Origin: Nemertoderma westbladi
Lineage: Eukaryota > Animalia > Xenacoelomorpha
Direction of reading: 5' to 3'
Assembly (NCBI GenBank): GCA_032718475.1
Contig: JAUCBJ010003440.1
Span: 1 to 36,714 of the forward strand
Length of the DNA stretch: 36,714 nucleotides
Made by a program: the position numbers and the translations under genes
In this document: positions 22,861-34,662 of the stretch, piece after piece
How positions within the stretch are numbered: the stretch's first letter is position 1
How the letters are laid out: every line of letters begins with the position of its first letter
The notes under the pieces: generated by a model
The model's input: the letters and a program-made list of their open reading frames with translations, nothing else
Told to the model about the DNA's origin: nothing
Database searches by the model: none

Positions 22861-23237
22861 ATCGTTTAAGAGGAAATACAGTAACACATTACAGCAGTAC
22901 AGGTACCGGTATTCTTGAAAGTCGGCCCATAAGATTATGTGTCAGGCAGTCGGCTTCCAGCTCCAGGCCTGTCTTTCACAGTTTTAGTAGGCCTTGATTA
23001 GGCCTATGACTTAGTTAGGCCTACATGACAGTTTGTTGTAATTAGGGTTTACTGATTTAGGCCGCCGCTACCAGACCAGCAGACAACTGTAAGTAAATAC
23101 TACCCAGCTACCAGTACCACTACTGTACTTTGTATTGAATTTGTAGCTACCGTTACCCCAATCGTGATATTCCCTTCTATTCTATTTATTATTTAGGCCT
23201 ATTTATTTGCGAAGGAATTAATTGTGAATACAGGAAG

Positions 23238-24980
23238 ATGGCGGATTATCAAGGGTCGCAGCCCCTCCTCATACCCCCTGGTACTATAGCAACCAATCCT
23301 AATCCTGGCACCATGGTAACCAACCCCAGCACCGCAGCAACCAATGTCCCATGGCCGGTAGGCCGCGAGCACTACGCTCTACTGGAAGTCATAGGTCACG
23401 GCGCCACGGCCGTGGTCCAAGCGGCAATGTGCAAACCCCGGAACGAGAAAGTCGCCCTGAAACGGATCAACCTGGAGAAATTTAAAACTAATATGGATGA
23501 ATTAACAAGGGAAATACACGCCATGAGTCTCTGTAACCATGCCAACGTGGTCTCCTATTACACGTCATTCGTAGTTCGAGACGAAATGTGGCTCGTGATG
23601 AAACTATTATCTAAAGGGTCGTTACTCGATATCATAAAGACTAAACTAAAGAAGGACGCGAGCAACTGCAAGAATGGTGTCTTCGATGAGATTGTAATAG
23701 CTACCGTACTGAAGGAGGTTCTTAAGGCTTTGGATTACCTTCACGAACAAGGATACATCCATCGGGATGTGAAGGCGGGGAACATACTGATAGACGAGGA
23801 CGGAACAGTGCAACTCGCCGACTTCGGGGTGGCTTCATCCATATCGTCGGGCGGCGACCGAACCAAAGAGAAAGTCCGTCGGACCTTCGTGGGTACTCCG
23901 TGTTGGATGGCCCCCGAGGTGATGGAACAGCTCGAGGGCTACAACTGCAAGGCGGACATCTGGAGTTTCGGTATAACAGCCATCGAGTTGGCTACGGGGA
24001 TGGCCCCGTACCACAAGTACCCGCCGATGAAGGTGTTGATGCTGACGCTGCAGAACGAGCCCCCATCAATAGAGACCTCGGCCGGGGAAAAGGACCAGTA
24101 CAAACGCTACGGAAAGACTATGCGACGGATGATCGCGGAATGTCTGCACAAAGACCCCGATATGAGGCCCTCCGCTAAACAGTTGCTAAAGAATGAGTTC
24201 TTTAAGAAAGCGAAAAATAAAGAGTTTATAGTGTCGCATGTTGTGGATAATATCCCGTCGGTTCTAGATGGCGGGCAGCTGGCTAAGCGGATGCCGGGAG
24301 CCAGCGGAAGACTCCATCGGACGCAGGACGGGGGGTGGGAGTGGAGCGACGACGAATTCGATGGAGAAACGGAAGAGGGCAAAGAGGCGTTGAGTCAACG
24401 GTTGTCCCGGTTGCTGGATGACGATGGGTCGGCGGGTCAACCCGCTGGGTCGGTGAGTCAACCCGCTTTGCAGACTGGCCATCCCGCTGTGTCGATGGGT
24501 CAACCCTCTGGGCCGATGGGTGAAACCGTTGTGCCGATGGGTCAACCCGCTGGGCCGATGGGTCAACCCGTTGTGCCGATGGGTCAACCCGCAGTGCCGA
24601 TGGGTCAACCCGCTGTGCCGATTGGTCAACCCGCTGTGCCGACCGGCCAACCCCCGGTTGAACCGGTTGGGTTACCGTATAAACCCGATGAAACCATGCA
24701 CCTGGTCCTCCGACTAAGAAACACCAAGAAGGAGTTGAACGACATAAAGTTCGAGTTCACCCGGAATCGGGACACGGCCGACGGAGTGGCGCAGGAACTG
24801 GTCGGGGCGGGACTGGTCGACGGCAGGGATTCCGTACTCATCGCCGCTAATCTACACAAACTAATAGACCGACAGGACGGTGGCAGTATCACCTTCGGAC
24901 TGCATTCCGGACACGGGGGGAATACCGTCCCGGACGAGAAGTCCTTGGCGGGGTTCGCTCAGCTGTCTGTGACCGATTGA
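23238..24980 (+). CDS. OXSR1/STK39: SPAK/OSR1 family STE20 (GCK-VI) Ser/Thr kinase, Fray-like, single-exon CDS
   Basis: IGHGATAVV, VALKRINLEK, HRDVKAGNIL, LADFGV; activation loop RRTFVGTPCWMAPE; S-motif RMPGASGRLH; WEWSDDE; C-terminal CCT domain LVLRLRN.KKELNDIKFEF..DTADGVAQELV..GFAQLS. Kozak-like gaagATGG start. Confidence 0.97.
   Translation: MADYQGSQPLLIPPGTIATNPNPGTMVTNPSTAATNVPWPVGREHYALLEVIGHGATAVVQAAMCKPRNEKVALKRINLEKFKTNMDELTREIHAMSLCNHANVVSYYTSFVVRDEMWLVMKLLSKGSLLDIIKTKLKKDASNCKNGVFDEIVIATVLKEVLKALDYLHEQGYIHRDVKAGNILIDEDGTVQLADFGVASSISSGGDRTKEKVRRTFVGTPCWMAPEVMEQLEGYNCKADIWSFGITAIELATGMAPYHKYPPMKVLMLTLQNEPPSIETSAGEKDQYKRYGKTMRRMIAECLHKDPDMRPSAKQLLKNEFFKKAKNKEFIVSHVVDNIPSVLDGGQLAKRMPGASGRLHRTQDGGWEWSDDEFDGETEEGKEALSQRLSRLLDDDGSAGQPAGSVSQPALQTGHPAVSMGQPSGPMGETVVPMGQPAGPMGQPVVPMGQPAVPMGQPAVPIGQPAVPTGQPPVEPVGLPYKPDETMHLVLRLRNTKKELNDIKFEFTRNRDTADGVAQELVGAGLVDGRDSVLIAANLHKLIDRQDGGSITFGLHSGHGGNTVPDEKSLAGFAQLSVTD
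24435..24665 (+). repeat. In-frame 21-bp minisatellite encoding GQPAVPM-like heptads
   Basis: About 11 copies of ggtcaacccgctgtgccgatg between the WEW motif and the CCT domain. Confidence 0.92.
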
Positions 24981-25401
24981 GCGCCGGTTTAGTTTCCATT
25001 TAGTATTCCATAAGATGGGGAGGTACACCGACACAAAGAGAATTGTAGATGCCACCGGGTGAAGTTCTCCATAATAATCTGTGCTAATCTTATTCTGTAC
25101 CTTCTTTGGGCCGTTGGAACCACCCAGTCAGACTTTTGTAGTCGGTTTTTTTGGGGTCACCCTAATATGTACCGAAATGTTAAATATATCGATTCCAAGT
25201 AGTTAATTTTTCTATTTACTTGGAATCAACACACGAATAACAAAACCCTCTTACCGTCTTTGCAGTTCTGATTAATAGAACGAATTGACAATTTATAGTT
25301 ATGGTGGTATTTATAAGTTGATGTTTTATTCTATTGCCAATAATTCACAATACCAGAAAATATCAACTTCTAGACAATTTGTATTTGTGGTTATCTATTT
25401 A

Positions 25402-25591
25402 TTTCACATTTGACCCCTGCGCTCCGCTCCAATGCTGTAGTCATTTTAATTTATCCTCTTAAAATTAATTAATATTGAATAAAAAGCTAAAAAAAAGTAT
25501 AAAGTAAAAAAACTCCCCAATTTTAATTTTTAATTTTAATTCATATTTTTTTTTTAATTAGCTTGGTGTAGCTGAGGAGTCAAATGTGAAA
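25402..25591. mobile_element. Small MITE-like element
   Basis: 17-bp inverted pair tttcacatttgacccct / aggagtcaaatgtgaaa (1 mismatch) around an AT-rich core; TSD unclear. Confidence 0.5.
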
Positions 25592-27135
25592 GATATACCA
25601 GAATCGTAATTCGTATAAATTTTTGTTAAGTAAACTCGTTGGAGTGCTGTCGGGGTATTAATTGTGACAGTTAGGGTCACAATGAACTTACTCCCAAGGT
25701 TCAAACATCTTTAATTTATAATTTCCTTATTTTCTAATTCTGAGCGAATAAACTCCCGAGTAGTGCTGCGAACTGAAACAAAAAGTAAATTATCTTCGGC
25801 CGTTAGGCCAGGGATTACGCACAAAGTATGACGACTTATTTCCAGTGCGCCCCCCCCCCCCCCCCCCCAGAACTTTACTCCCCAGAAGAAACTCCAGTAC
25901 CCATTTAGCTACCACTTAAGGATGAAAGGCAGATATGCGCCCTGGCTGGTCCCTTCAACGCATTCGTGCTGAAACGAAAACTGGCCCGTCTCCATACGTG
26001 GGGATTGTACGAGAGATGTGAATTCAATGCAACCACCTTGGTGTAGTGGTTAAAATTTGACTCTTATCGGTTTCAGTTTGAATAAACTTTCTCATTTAAA
26101 TTCCAGTTACAAAAAATAGTTGTAGTTTCATAAATTATAAAGGAATCTAGTCTTTCCGCCGTCGGTCGGTTGTCTGTCTGTCTGTATTACATTTTGACAG
26201 ACAGATATTCCACGATAACTCGAAATAATTAAATCCCCCCCCCCCCCCCCCCCCCCCCCTACAATACATAAATAAATATAAATTTATTTTTTTTAATAAT
26301 ATTTATTTTATTTTCAATAATTAACAAAATAATGCAAATAACATTTAGGCCTATTAAAAAAAATGATATATTCATCTACAAATTTCCTAAGAATTAGTTT
26401 TATATTTGTTTCCAGTTCATAACTTATACTTTCAGTTTAATATCTTTGGGAATTCCGTTCTAGTTACATTTTTAAACAATTTCAGTTTCAGTTTGCAGCC
26501 CCTCGGTTGGTGTCCCGTATCTAGCTAGTTCCCGTGGTGGTTAAGTTGCTTTATTTATTATCAGTTGATGCAGTACTAGTAATGCAGTACGTTAGCTAGG
26601 CCGTTTGCGCTTCCATCACAGCTGTATCATATTAATATCATATTTAATTTGGTTTTGCCTTTAAAGATAATGTGGCATAGAATTATGTTTATAGTCGACC
26701 GCAATCGCTTACCATTTTGAAAAGCGAATATATATAATAATATAGTTATACTAGAGTTACGAATTGTGAACAATTTTATCAGTTAAATGTGAGTTACAGT
26801 AAATATTAATAATAATTATATAAATAATATTCCATCAATATATGAAAAAAATGGGAGTAACACAAAACTAAATCGGAATTCATCCGAACCGATTGTATTT
26901 ATTCTACATTATCCTACTTTATACCCCAAAAAATGGAATTCAATAATATGCTATGGGTCTGGCTGAGTCAAATCTTATTAGGAAGATTAAACAGCTTCAC
27001 ATTCGTCCCAAATATCCATTGTTACCATACTTTGGCCCGTAATAATCAACATTGTGCTACTATAATGATGCGTCTGAAACCAATACAACAAGCAAAAGTT
27101 TAATGTGTGGAAATCTTGGCAAACAATTTATTGTA

Positions 27136-27951
27136 AGGTGGTGAGAAAAAGCCAATAGTTTATTTTACTTTATTGCAATTAATTTTCTTTTTTACCTTTT
27201 TTTATACTTCAATTTACCCTATTTTTTTAAATCCAGCTATTTTACAATTTATTCAATTTCACTTGACCTTTTTTTACCTATTATTTTCTCTTTACCTTAA
27301 TTCCACATAGAATAGTGTGTAGAACTGTGACTAGGACCTACAATACATATGTCCACCATAAAGAAATTATAACTTTTTGTTGGGTACAGCTTTTGCAACT
27401 CGGTGATGTCGATGTCCAGGTGGGATCAAACTGTGACCTCCGGGTTGGAAGTCTTACGCTCTCCTCTAACCATTCAGCGAGCGGCCAAGGTAAAAGATAA
27501 ACCAGGAAATACTATCTGATACCTTGTATGTCCGCAATTTACCTCCTCATGGCCTCCCATCTGTCTAGATACCATCATCTGTTGCCTTTGTGCTCAACTC
27601 TACCGCCAACGAAAAGTTATAATAATAAGAAGCCACTCATTCACCCATAACACCATAAAGATGGGGGACAAATTGAAGCCATTTGCATTATCAGTTCATG
27701 GCCCAATAGATGGGTATAGCCGGTCGTAAGATTTTGTGACTACGTGGGTCAACCAACAAAGATCCTTTTGTGAAAACCTCATATTGGCCCACAAGTATCA
27801 TTCACCAAGTGAATTACTGTACGGTTGGGCGTATAAATAAAATTAAGTGAAATAAAGATAAAAAAATATAAAATAAAGTTAAAAAAAAAAGGGTAAAATG
27901 ATGCACTCCAAAAAAAAGGGTAAAAAGGTAATTGGCCTATTCACACCACCG
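27136..27951. mobile_element. MITE with imperfect ~21-bp TIRs and TA flanks
   Basis: ta-aggtggtgagaaaaagccaat at 27134 vs attggcctattcacaccaccg-ta ending 27953; T-rich left and A-rich right subterminal tracts mirror each other. Confidence 0.65.
27415..27486 (-). mobile_element. Degenerate tRNA-derived SINE head
   Basis: Minus strand ggccgctcgctgaatggttagag (A-box-like) ... ggtcacagtttgatccc (B-box-like) at tRNA-like spacing; no complete cloverleaf. Confidence 0.5.
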
Positions 27952-28701
27952 TACAATTGATACCGTTTGTATTTCCTAATTTGCAGTTTAATTGTACACT
28001 TACTTTTTATCACCAGTCGGGGCTATTTTTTCTGATACTTAATACTTCTTCTGATAATATATTTTCTGATTTCTTTTGAGTTTTTTAGGCTAACTTCACT
28101 GGATTAGGCGAAAATATATGGTAGATAATTCCTTCGTCATTGAGAACATCTGGTAGAATTTCATTTCTAAAACATCTTTTAATATATGTCTATCTGCTAT
28201 TCACTGCACTATTCACAATTCTATACTTTTTGCGCGCAGAATGTGTTACAACCACGAACCACCCTCCGCACATGCATAATATTGTGCTCAATAAATATCT
28301 TAGATTCTCTATATCTTGACATGGCAGTTGACCTGACCTACCGTGACCTACACACTGCTGTCAAACTAAATTATTGTTCATAAAACGGTTTTTAAAGATT
28401 CTCTTATTCCAATAATTAATTATACCACATATTAATATAATATACTATTTTATTATTAGTTGTATTATAATTAATTATTAATGTTGTATATTTATAATAA
28501 TGATAATAATATAAAAATACAGTTCAATGATAATTATGAATCTATTTTTAACATCCATAGATTGAATGAATATGTAATTTTATCCTGTCCTTGGATGAAC
28601 AGTAATAATTTTATTATGAAGCAATAATTGGAGTTCTGCGTCCGATATGACACCCGTTTACCTATCTATCTACTACACTTTATTATCATCATCTGATAAA
28701 T

Positions 28702-29383
28702 AACTAGAAAGCCATCAAGCTGGCTATACGAAGACCGTCTATAAGACAACAAAACCGAAAAACTAAATGATAATCTAATCCCCAATCAAATATCAATCGC
28801 AATCAATATGTAAACCCCTCCCACCCTCCATGCAGCCTTGGAGAAAGCAGAATTAATGCCATGACCAGTCCGGAGTTCTCAATAGACAACCCACCCCAAC
28901 CATTGGATTTACTGAGACACACTCAACACTCCGACCAGCTTGCTGCTACCTGTCTTCCCTGCTAGCTAGAGTTAAATAATTATACAACGTTGCTATGATA
29001 CAGAGAAAATCCTTCCCTATTCGCTACCATAGGCAAAGTTCAGGCTGCGTGAGGGAATATGACATATTTATACACTATTTTATTTTCAATCAATAAAATA
29101 ATCATACATCTCTATATATTAAACACTGGAATATGATAAAAACTTTGTGTGAATGGGACACGGCGAATTGACCTGTGCTATTTTTATACAGCAAGAGGTT
29201 AATTTTACCCGCTTAAATAATTAATAACCCAAATAATCGATACATTTATTTGTATAGTTGGCCACGAAGTAGAGCACTTCTTACCCTTCCAAGCCAATAT
29301 CAATGTGCACAAACATACATACACACAGACAAACACACAGACGTATTTTTTTGACAGCAAGAAGCCCGGACGGTCTTCTAATA
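28702..29383 (-). mobile_element. Helentron-associated non-autonomous element (HINE/DINE-1-like)
   Basis: Subterminal inverted repeat gaagaccgtc (28730-28739) / gacggtcttc (29369-29378); hairpin agcca..tggct (28710-28725) near a TTCTAGTT end; CATA/CAGA microsatellite at 29313-29342; A/T-run flanks without TSD. Confidence 0.75.
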
Positions 29384-31544
29384 AATAGATAATGAGAAAT
29401 AGATAAAATAAAATATATTAACAATTTTTTATTTTGATTGGAATGTTTTATTTGCGAAATTTTTATGATATTGAAAATATTCCAATTGTGTCATTACAAC
29501 AAAATTAATGTTTTTCGTAATGTGCGCACGTCGTTATTTACTAATTTTTCCACATGTAGGACATAAATTTGCTAAAATATTGAAAAAACTTTTTTTGGTA
29601 TTTATATTTATTCAATATTTTGCCACACAAGTTTTACATCATTTGGACTTTTCGGAAAGACAATCCTTGTCATTCATAGAAATACATTCTGTGTTCCGTT
29701 TGGTGATCACTGTCCACTGGTGGGGAACGGACGCACTAAATAGAGAACGGGCCGAGAGGGAAAATATGCTGGCAGATCAGAGAGAGAGAGAGAGAGGGGG
29801 ACAGAGAGATAACTGGGAATAGAATACGGGATGATAAAGCGTAAACGGTTACGGGGATTAATGCAGTATCAGGCGAAACAAAAATTCCGATTAGAATTGG
29901 TTCGGGCAGTATATACGAAGAAACACGTGTGATGGAAACTTTTGTGAATATTACAATTAATAATACCGTTCCGCACACGATAATCCTAATATTAATGAGC
30001 CGATGATATTAAACGATATAAACGATGATATTAAAGGCCGCGCGGAAACGCGCGTAGTGACGCAGGCGAACCAGCCTACCGCCGATAGATATAAGTTACG
30101 TGTCGACCGGGTGGAGAAGGGAGCAGCTGAGACGCTACTGTATAAGAGGTGACGAGTGGGGGGGGGGGGGGGGGGGGCTACGGCCTCCCCACCGCAACAA
30201 ATTAATGACGAGAGGGGGGGGGGGGGGGGGGGGGGGGTGAGATAAATCAACCGGGACTCTCATCAACGGAGGAGGATAGAGCGTCAACGAATATCGGGTA
30301 GAGGACGAGGCGCTCATGCCGTAATCGGCCAAACGAAGGAACGTCGAACCCATTCGGAAGACGGACGGCACATCTACGGAGGTGAGAGCACAATGAGGTT
30401 GAGTGGTATGAAGTGTGATATCTGGGCGGAGTAAGTGAGGATGAGGGGTGATGGGTGCAACAGCTGAAGAAGTAGTAGGGAAGCGAGTCGGGGTGAGGAA
30501 CAGCCCGATGGGACTAATGAGATGCGTGAGGAGGATGAAATTGGGGACTGGTGGATCGGATGCAACGGTACCCAATTTAAAATTGTGTGAAGAGGGGCGA
30601 TCATCTAAATAGAGACACCACATGCCTTGGTGCACTGCAGCTCGCAGGAGTGCCAAGGATGGCAGGCCTCCCTGAGTTTACTTTTTTCTTTTTTTTTTCC
30701 TTTTTTTTTACAGCGTTTCCTATTTTTTGTCCATTTTCACAGATTTTTTCCTTTTTTTTTGGTTCAGAAGATCAACTTCAGGTTGCTGATGATATTGACA
30801 AGGTTATAACAGAAATTGACGGCATAATAATGCCGATTTTTATTTTGATTATGTTTATTTTGACAAAAATCACAAACTAAGGTACCATAAAAATGTGGCA
30901 ATGGAGGAAACTTAATATATTTATTTTCTGAGGGGGGATATACAGTATAATGATTGACACAAAACCCGCCTTGGTGCATTAACGTTCTTGATTTTCAATT
31001 TAGGGAAATGTACAGGTTGCAGTGGCAGTCTATTCTAACCAAAACAAAAAATTAAAGCCTATAACACGGTTACAGTTTCATTTTTGCTCGTAATCAGCTG
31101 TTATTTGCATCCGTTTTCCCCTGGAGATGATTGAATTTTGATTGAGTCTAACAGCATTTTTATTATTTATATAAATGTAGCCGGAAATCCGTACCAAAGT
31201 TTTTATATCACTTTCAAACTAAAGTTATATTTACAATCAAAAAAGGTGAAAATATCGTAATTGTTTTTAAACTGTTCTTATTTAATTGATATGTTGATTT
31301 AAAATAAATTATATTGCCATTGCCTTGGTCGTTCTCTTTATCTGTTTCTATTCTTTAACTTACTTTGATCTCTTTCTGCTATTTAATACAGTGACGTTTC
31401 TTATTTGAAATATAATGTTTACTATCCTCTTTTTAAAGATAATATCAATTCAGTTTCTCCCTTTTTTTGAACCGTATCCTATCCTTTGTTTCCTTTTTTT
31501 TAAATTATAAATTCCTTTTTATCCTTTTTTTTATCGATTTTTTG

Positions 31545-31870
31545 GCTGAGATGGCTGGTATGGGTAGTGAGATCAAACCTAGTGGGACCAGATTGGGAGA
31601 CTGGTCCCAGAGAAAATAATCCCACCCCTCATCCAATGTAGATTGGATTCTCCAGAATGGAGCACACTTATCGGTAGATGCTATCTTCTCACCTGGAAGA
31701 TAGCATGGGGGGGGAGTGTAAGCGGATCCATTCCGTCCTACACTTCCTACCAATAAATGGGGGGTGAACTGATTTATCGACCAGTTAAGCTATGCAGCCA
31801 ATAAAGCATAGCAGAGAATGAGTTTACACAATGTTAGCCAGGAGGTGGCTTAACAACCTACCTCAGGGGA
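31545..31870 (-). other. Highly structured non-coding segment, possibly an RTE 5' UTR or RTE-derived short element
   Basis: Seven consecutive stem-loops in ~270 bp directly following the RTE (TAG)n tail; GC content above that of the flanking DNA. Confidence 0.45.
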
Positions 31871-32950
31871 TACTACTACTACTAGGTCGAGCGAACTCGG
31901 ACTGTGGAAATGAGATCCTTCCAGGCTTCCCGATTCTCCATAGTTGTCGCAATTTCGTTTCTCCCAAGTTCAGTATCCCTTTCAAGTTGATCTATAAATG
32001 TTATGGCCGGTCGTCCACGACTACGCTTTCCATGAGTTGGTTGCCAGAAAAGTAGATCTGCTATGACCTCGTCTTTACTTCGCCAGCAGTGCCCACTGAA
32101 TCTTAATCTGCGTTCGCGGAGGGTGGTTGATACAGGCGGTATTGTAACATAAAGCTCGGCGTTTGTCATGTGTTGTCTCCAGCTGATGTTTAGGGCTGCC
32201 CTTAGTAGTCTTGTGTAGTAACCATCAATTCGTTTTTCAAGTGATTTAGTCAGTGTCCAGGTCTCACCCCCGTATAAAAATACACTTTCCACTGTAGCTC
32301 GAAAGAACTTACAGTAGTCTCCAGGTGCCTGGAGAGATCTGATTTCCAGATGGTATCCATTTTTGATATAGCTACCCAAGCCTTTGCTTTTCTAACTTCT
32401 ATGTCCTTTTTGCTACTCTCTATCCATGATCCAAGGTACTGGAAGTCGTCAACCTTCCTTAGTTGATTATTATCAATGGTTGTCAAGTTTCCATCAACAT
32501 TAAAGGTAATGAATTCGGTCTTGGTAGCATTTATATGCAATCCAACCTCCTTAGCAGGCCTCTCCACTTTATTTAGTAGAAGCTGTGCATCTGCTGGCGT
32601 ATTAGAGAGCAGGACGATATCATCCGCAAAGTCGGTGTCTGTGACTGTAGTTGCCGGATATCTACTACTTCTGCGTTCTTGAAGAATGAATCCCAGATCT
32701 TCACCCTTTGTGGCCGTCCTCATTGCGTAATCCAGCACAATTACAAATAGTAATGGTGCTAATGTGTCAACTTGCAGTACGCCAGCCAGGATTGAGAAAA
32801 ACTCAGTTTCACCATCTGGTGAGAGTACCTGCGCTTCTGTGTCACAATATAGCTATCCAATGCCAGCAACAATTACTTCTGGTATTCCATAAGCTCTTAG
32901 GATTTATAGAATTTTACCTCATGGATGGAGTTGTATGCTTTCTTGAAGTT
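31871..32950 (-). mobile_element. Second RTE-clade LINE, 5'-truncated and decayed
   Basis: FKKAYNSIH, DTLAPLLFVIVLDYAMR, TDTDFADDIVL, DFQYLGSWI, FRATVESVFLYG and RLRFSGHCWR; (TAG)n tail at 31871-31884; frameshifts. Confidence 0.9.
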
Positions 32951-34339
32951 CTTTCTTGAACAAAAAGTGGTTAATAGGTCTGTTAGCGTAGGCTACGATA
33001 ATTAACTTCGAGGTATAGGACACTCTTATGGTATGTTTGTTTATAGTGTAGACTATAAGCCGTCAGATGGTGGCATCTCCTTATATGGACAACCCGAAAT
33101 ATTGAATGCTACTATATTGGTTTCAAAATTCCGTAATACCCCTGTAAGAACCAGAAATTCAAGGTTCTGGTTTGTAAAATTCTTGTTAAATTTACCCTTA
33201 AATTTGTACGTGTAACTTTTGTTTGTTGTCTGTTTAGAGATTGTGAATCTCAACCCGTCGTACGTATTTGAGTAATGTGTAGTAATAAGTAACTTAGTCA
33301 GTAGAAATTATTATTATTTAGTGTCTATAAATTCTCCCTAAGGAGTGTTTACCATCCTTACTGTGACCTCTGACCGAGTAAGAACAATGCTTTATATTGT
33401 GCTTTATAACAATAATTGACTGTGGTTCATAACCCTCTGAACATCTGGATAAATATTAATTAAACCCGCTACGGGTATATATATATATATCTACCTCAAA
33501 TTAAACTTTATTTCATCAGATTTAAAACCCATAGGCCTGTTTAGATCCAACTAAGTCTCAACCATATATGCTGAACCTATTACTTGACATCAGCGCTAAG
33601 TAAATGAAAACTAATTCCTATAAGTGACAGATCACTTATTGCTTAATTATTGATCGTACTGGTACTGACAGTATGTATATTATATATTTATATAATTTAG
33701 GCTATACGCATATACTGGTACTCAGGAGTGATATCAGTTTTCTGTAATACTGTTATATATACTATATTGCATACCGGTATTTTATACATTGTTGTCCGAT
33801 TATTGTCTGGGTAGCAATACGTTATCACTGTAAGACTGACAGTTGATACTGATTAGTTAAACCAACTTGACTGTTGTATAGTAATAGGCATTCAGTAAAG
33901 AAACATCTCATAATTACGGATTCAAAATACACCCTGTCGGATAGCATATTAGAACAGACAATCTGTGACCCCGATCAAAGTGTAGAAAGGATCCGACCGA
34001 AGTCTAAGTCCCCACCTACTGTAAGAAAGGCTATCCCTACAGTAGTTGTGTCGGAACCTAGGTTAGTGGAGCACCATAGGTCTATTATAGAAACTAGGGC
34101 CCAAGTGAAACGAGTTCAAGCTATGGCAGCAGATCAAGCACGTCAGAATGAACCACCAGCGACCCCTGAACGATCCAGCGATAACCGCTCTAGTACAGAA
34201 GAACTGACACCTACAGCGGCTGATCAAAGAATAGCAGAGGTAGCTGACGCCAACCCCCTCTTCTATCTCCCTAGAGGTATGCTCTATGGCATACATTTGG
34301 TTTTTCTATTCACTGTTTGGTGGGGATTTTTTTTGGCAG

Positions 34340-34455
34340 TGATTTTTTATGTCCTTTTATTTGACTTTTTTTGTCATTTTTTTTTTACGAATTATGCATA
34401 ATGACTTTTGTTGTCCTTTTAATGACTTTTATTGTCCTTTTAATGACTTTTTATG
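34340..34455 (+). repeat. T-rich ~21-bp minisatellite
   Basis: Repeated taatgacttttattgtccttt units. Confidence 0.75.
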
Positions 34456-34662
34456 TATGTATTTCTTCAAACTGTCAGACTGCTGATTTCTGGACTGTCA
34501 GACAGTTGATTTCACTATGCCTGTGCCAAAACACAGTTGATTTATAGACTATGAGATAGATTTCCATATGCGCCTGTGATAAAAAGACTCTATATTTAAT
34601 AGTTTGTGGTTGTTGTCGATAATCGATTACCACATGACGTAGCCGTAGTGACACACGACTAA

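Noticed and set aside
25880-26060. SINE-like core (cccattt..aaggatgaaaggc) and A-box-like gtgtagtggtta
   Set aside because: Short resemblances only; boundaries and a B box could not be established.
27415-27486. Functional tRNA gene
   Set aside because: The A and B boxes are degenerate and acceptor/anticodon stems cannot be formed; kept only as a SINE head.
3056-30237. Recurrent long G/C homopolymers as a G-quadruplex system
   Set aside because: Most fall in TIRs, subterminal motifs or PPTs. The mismatch between G8 and C28 in one TIR pair suggests slippage or base-calling inflation of run length.
30135-30656. 173-aa minus-strand ORF as a gene
   Set aside because: No domain signature, and its poly-Pro comes from homopolymer runs of uncertain length.
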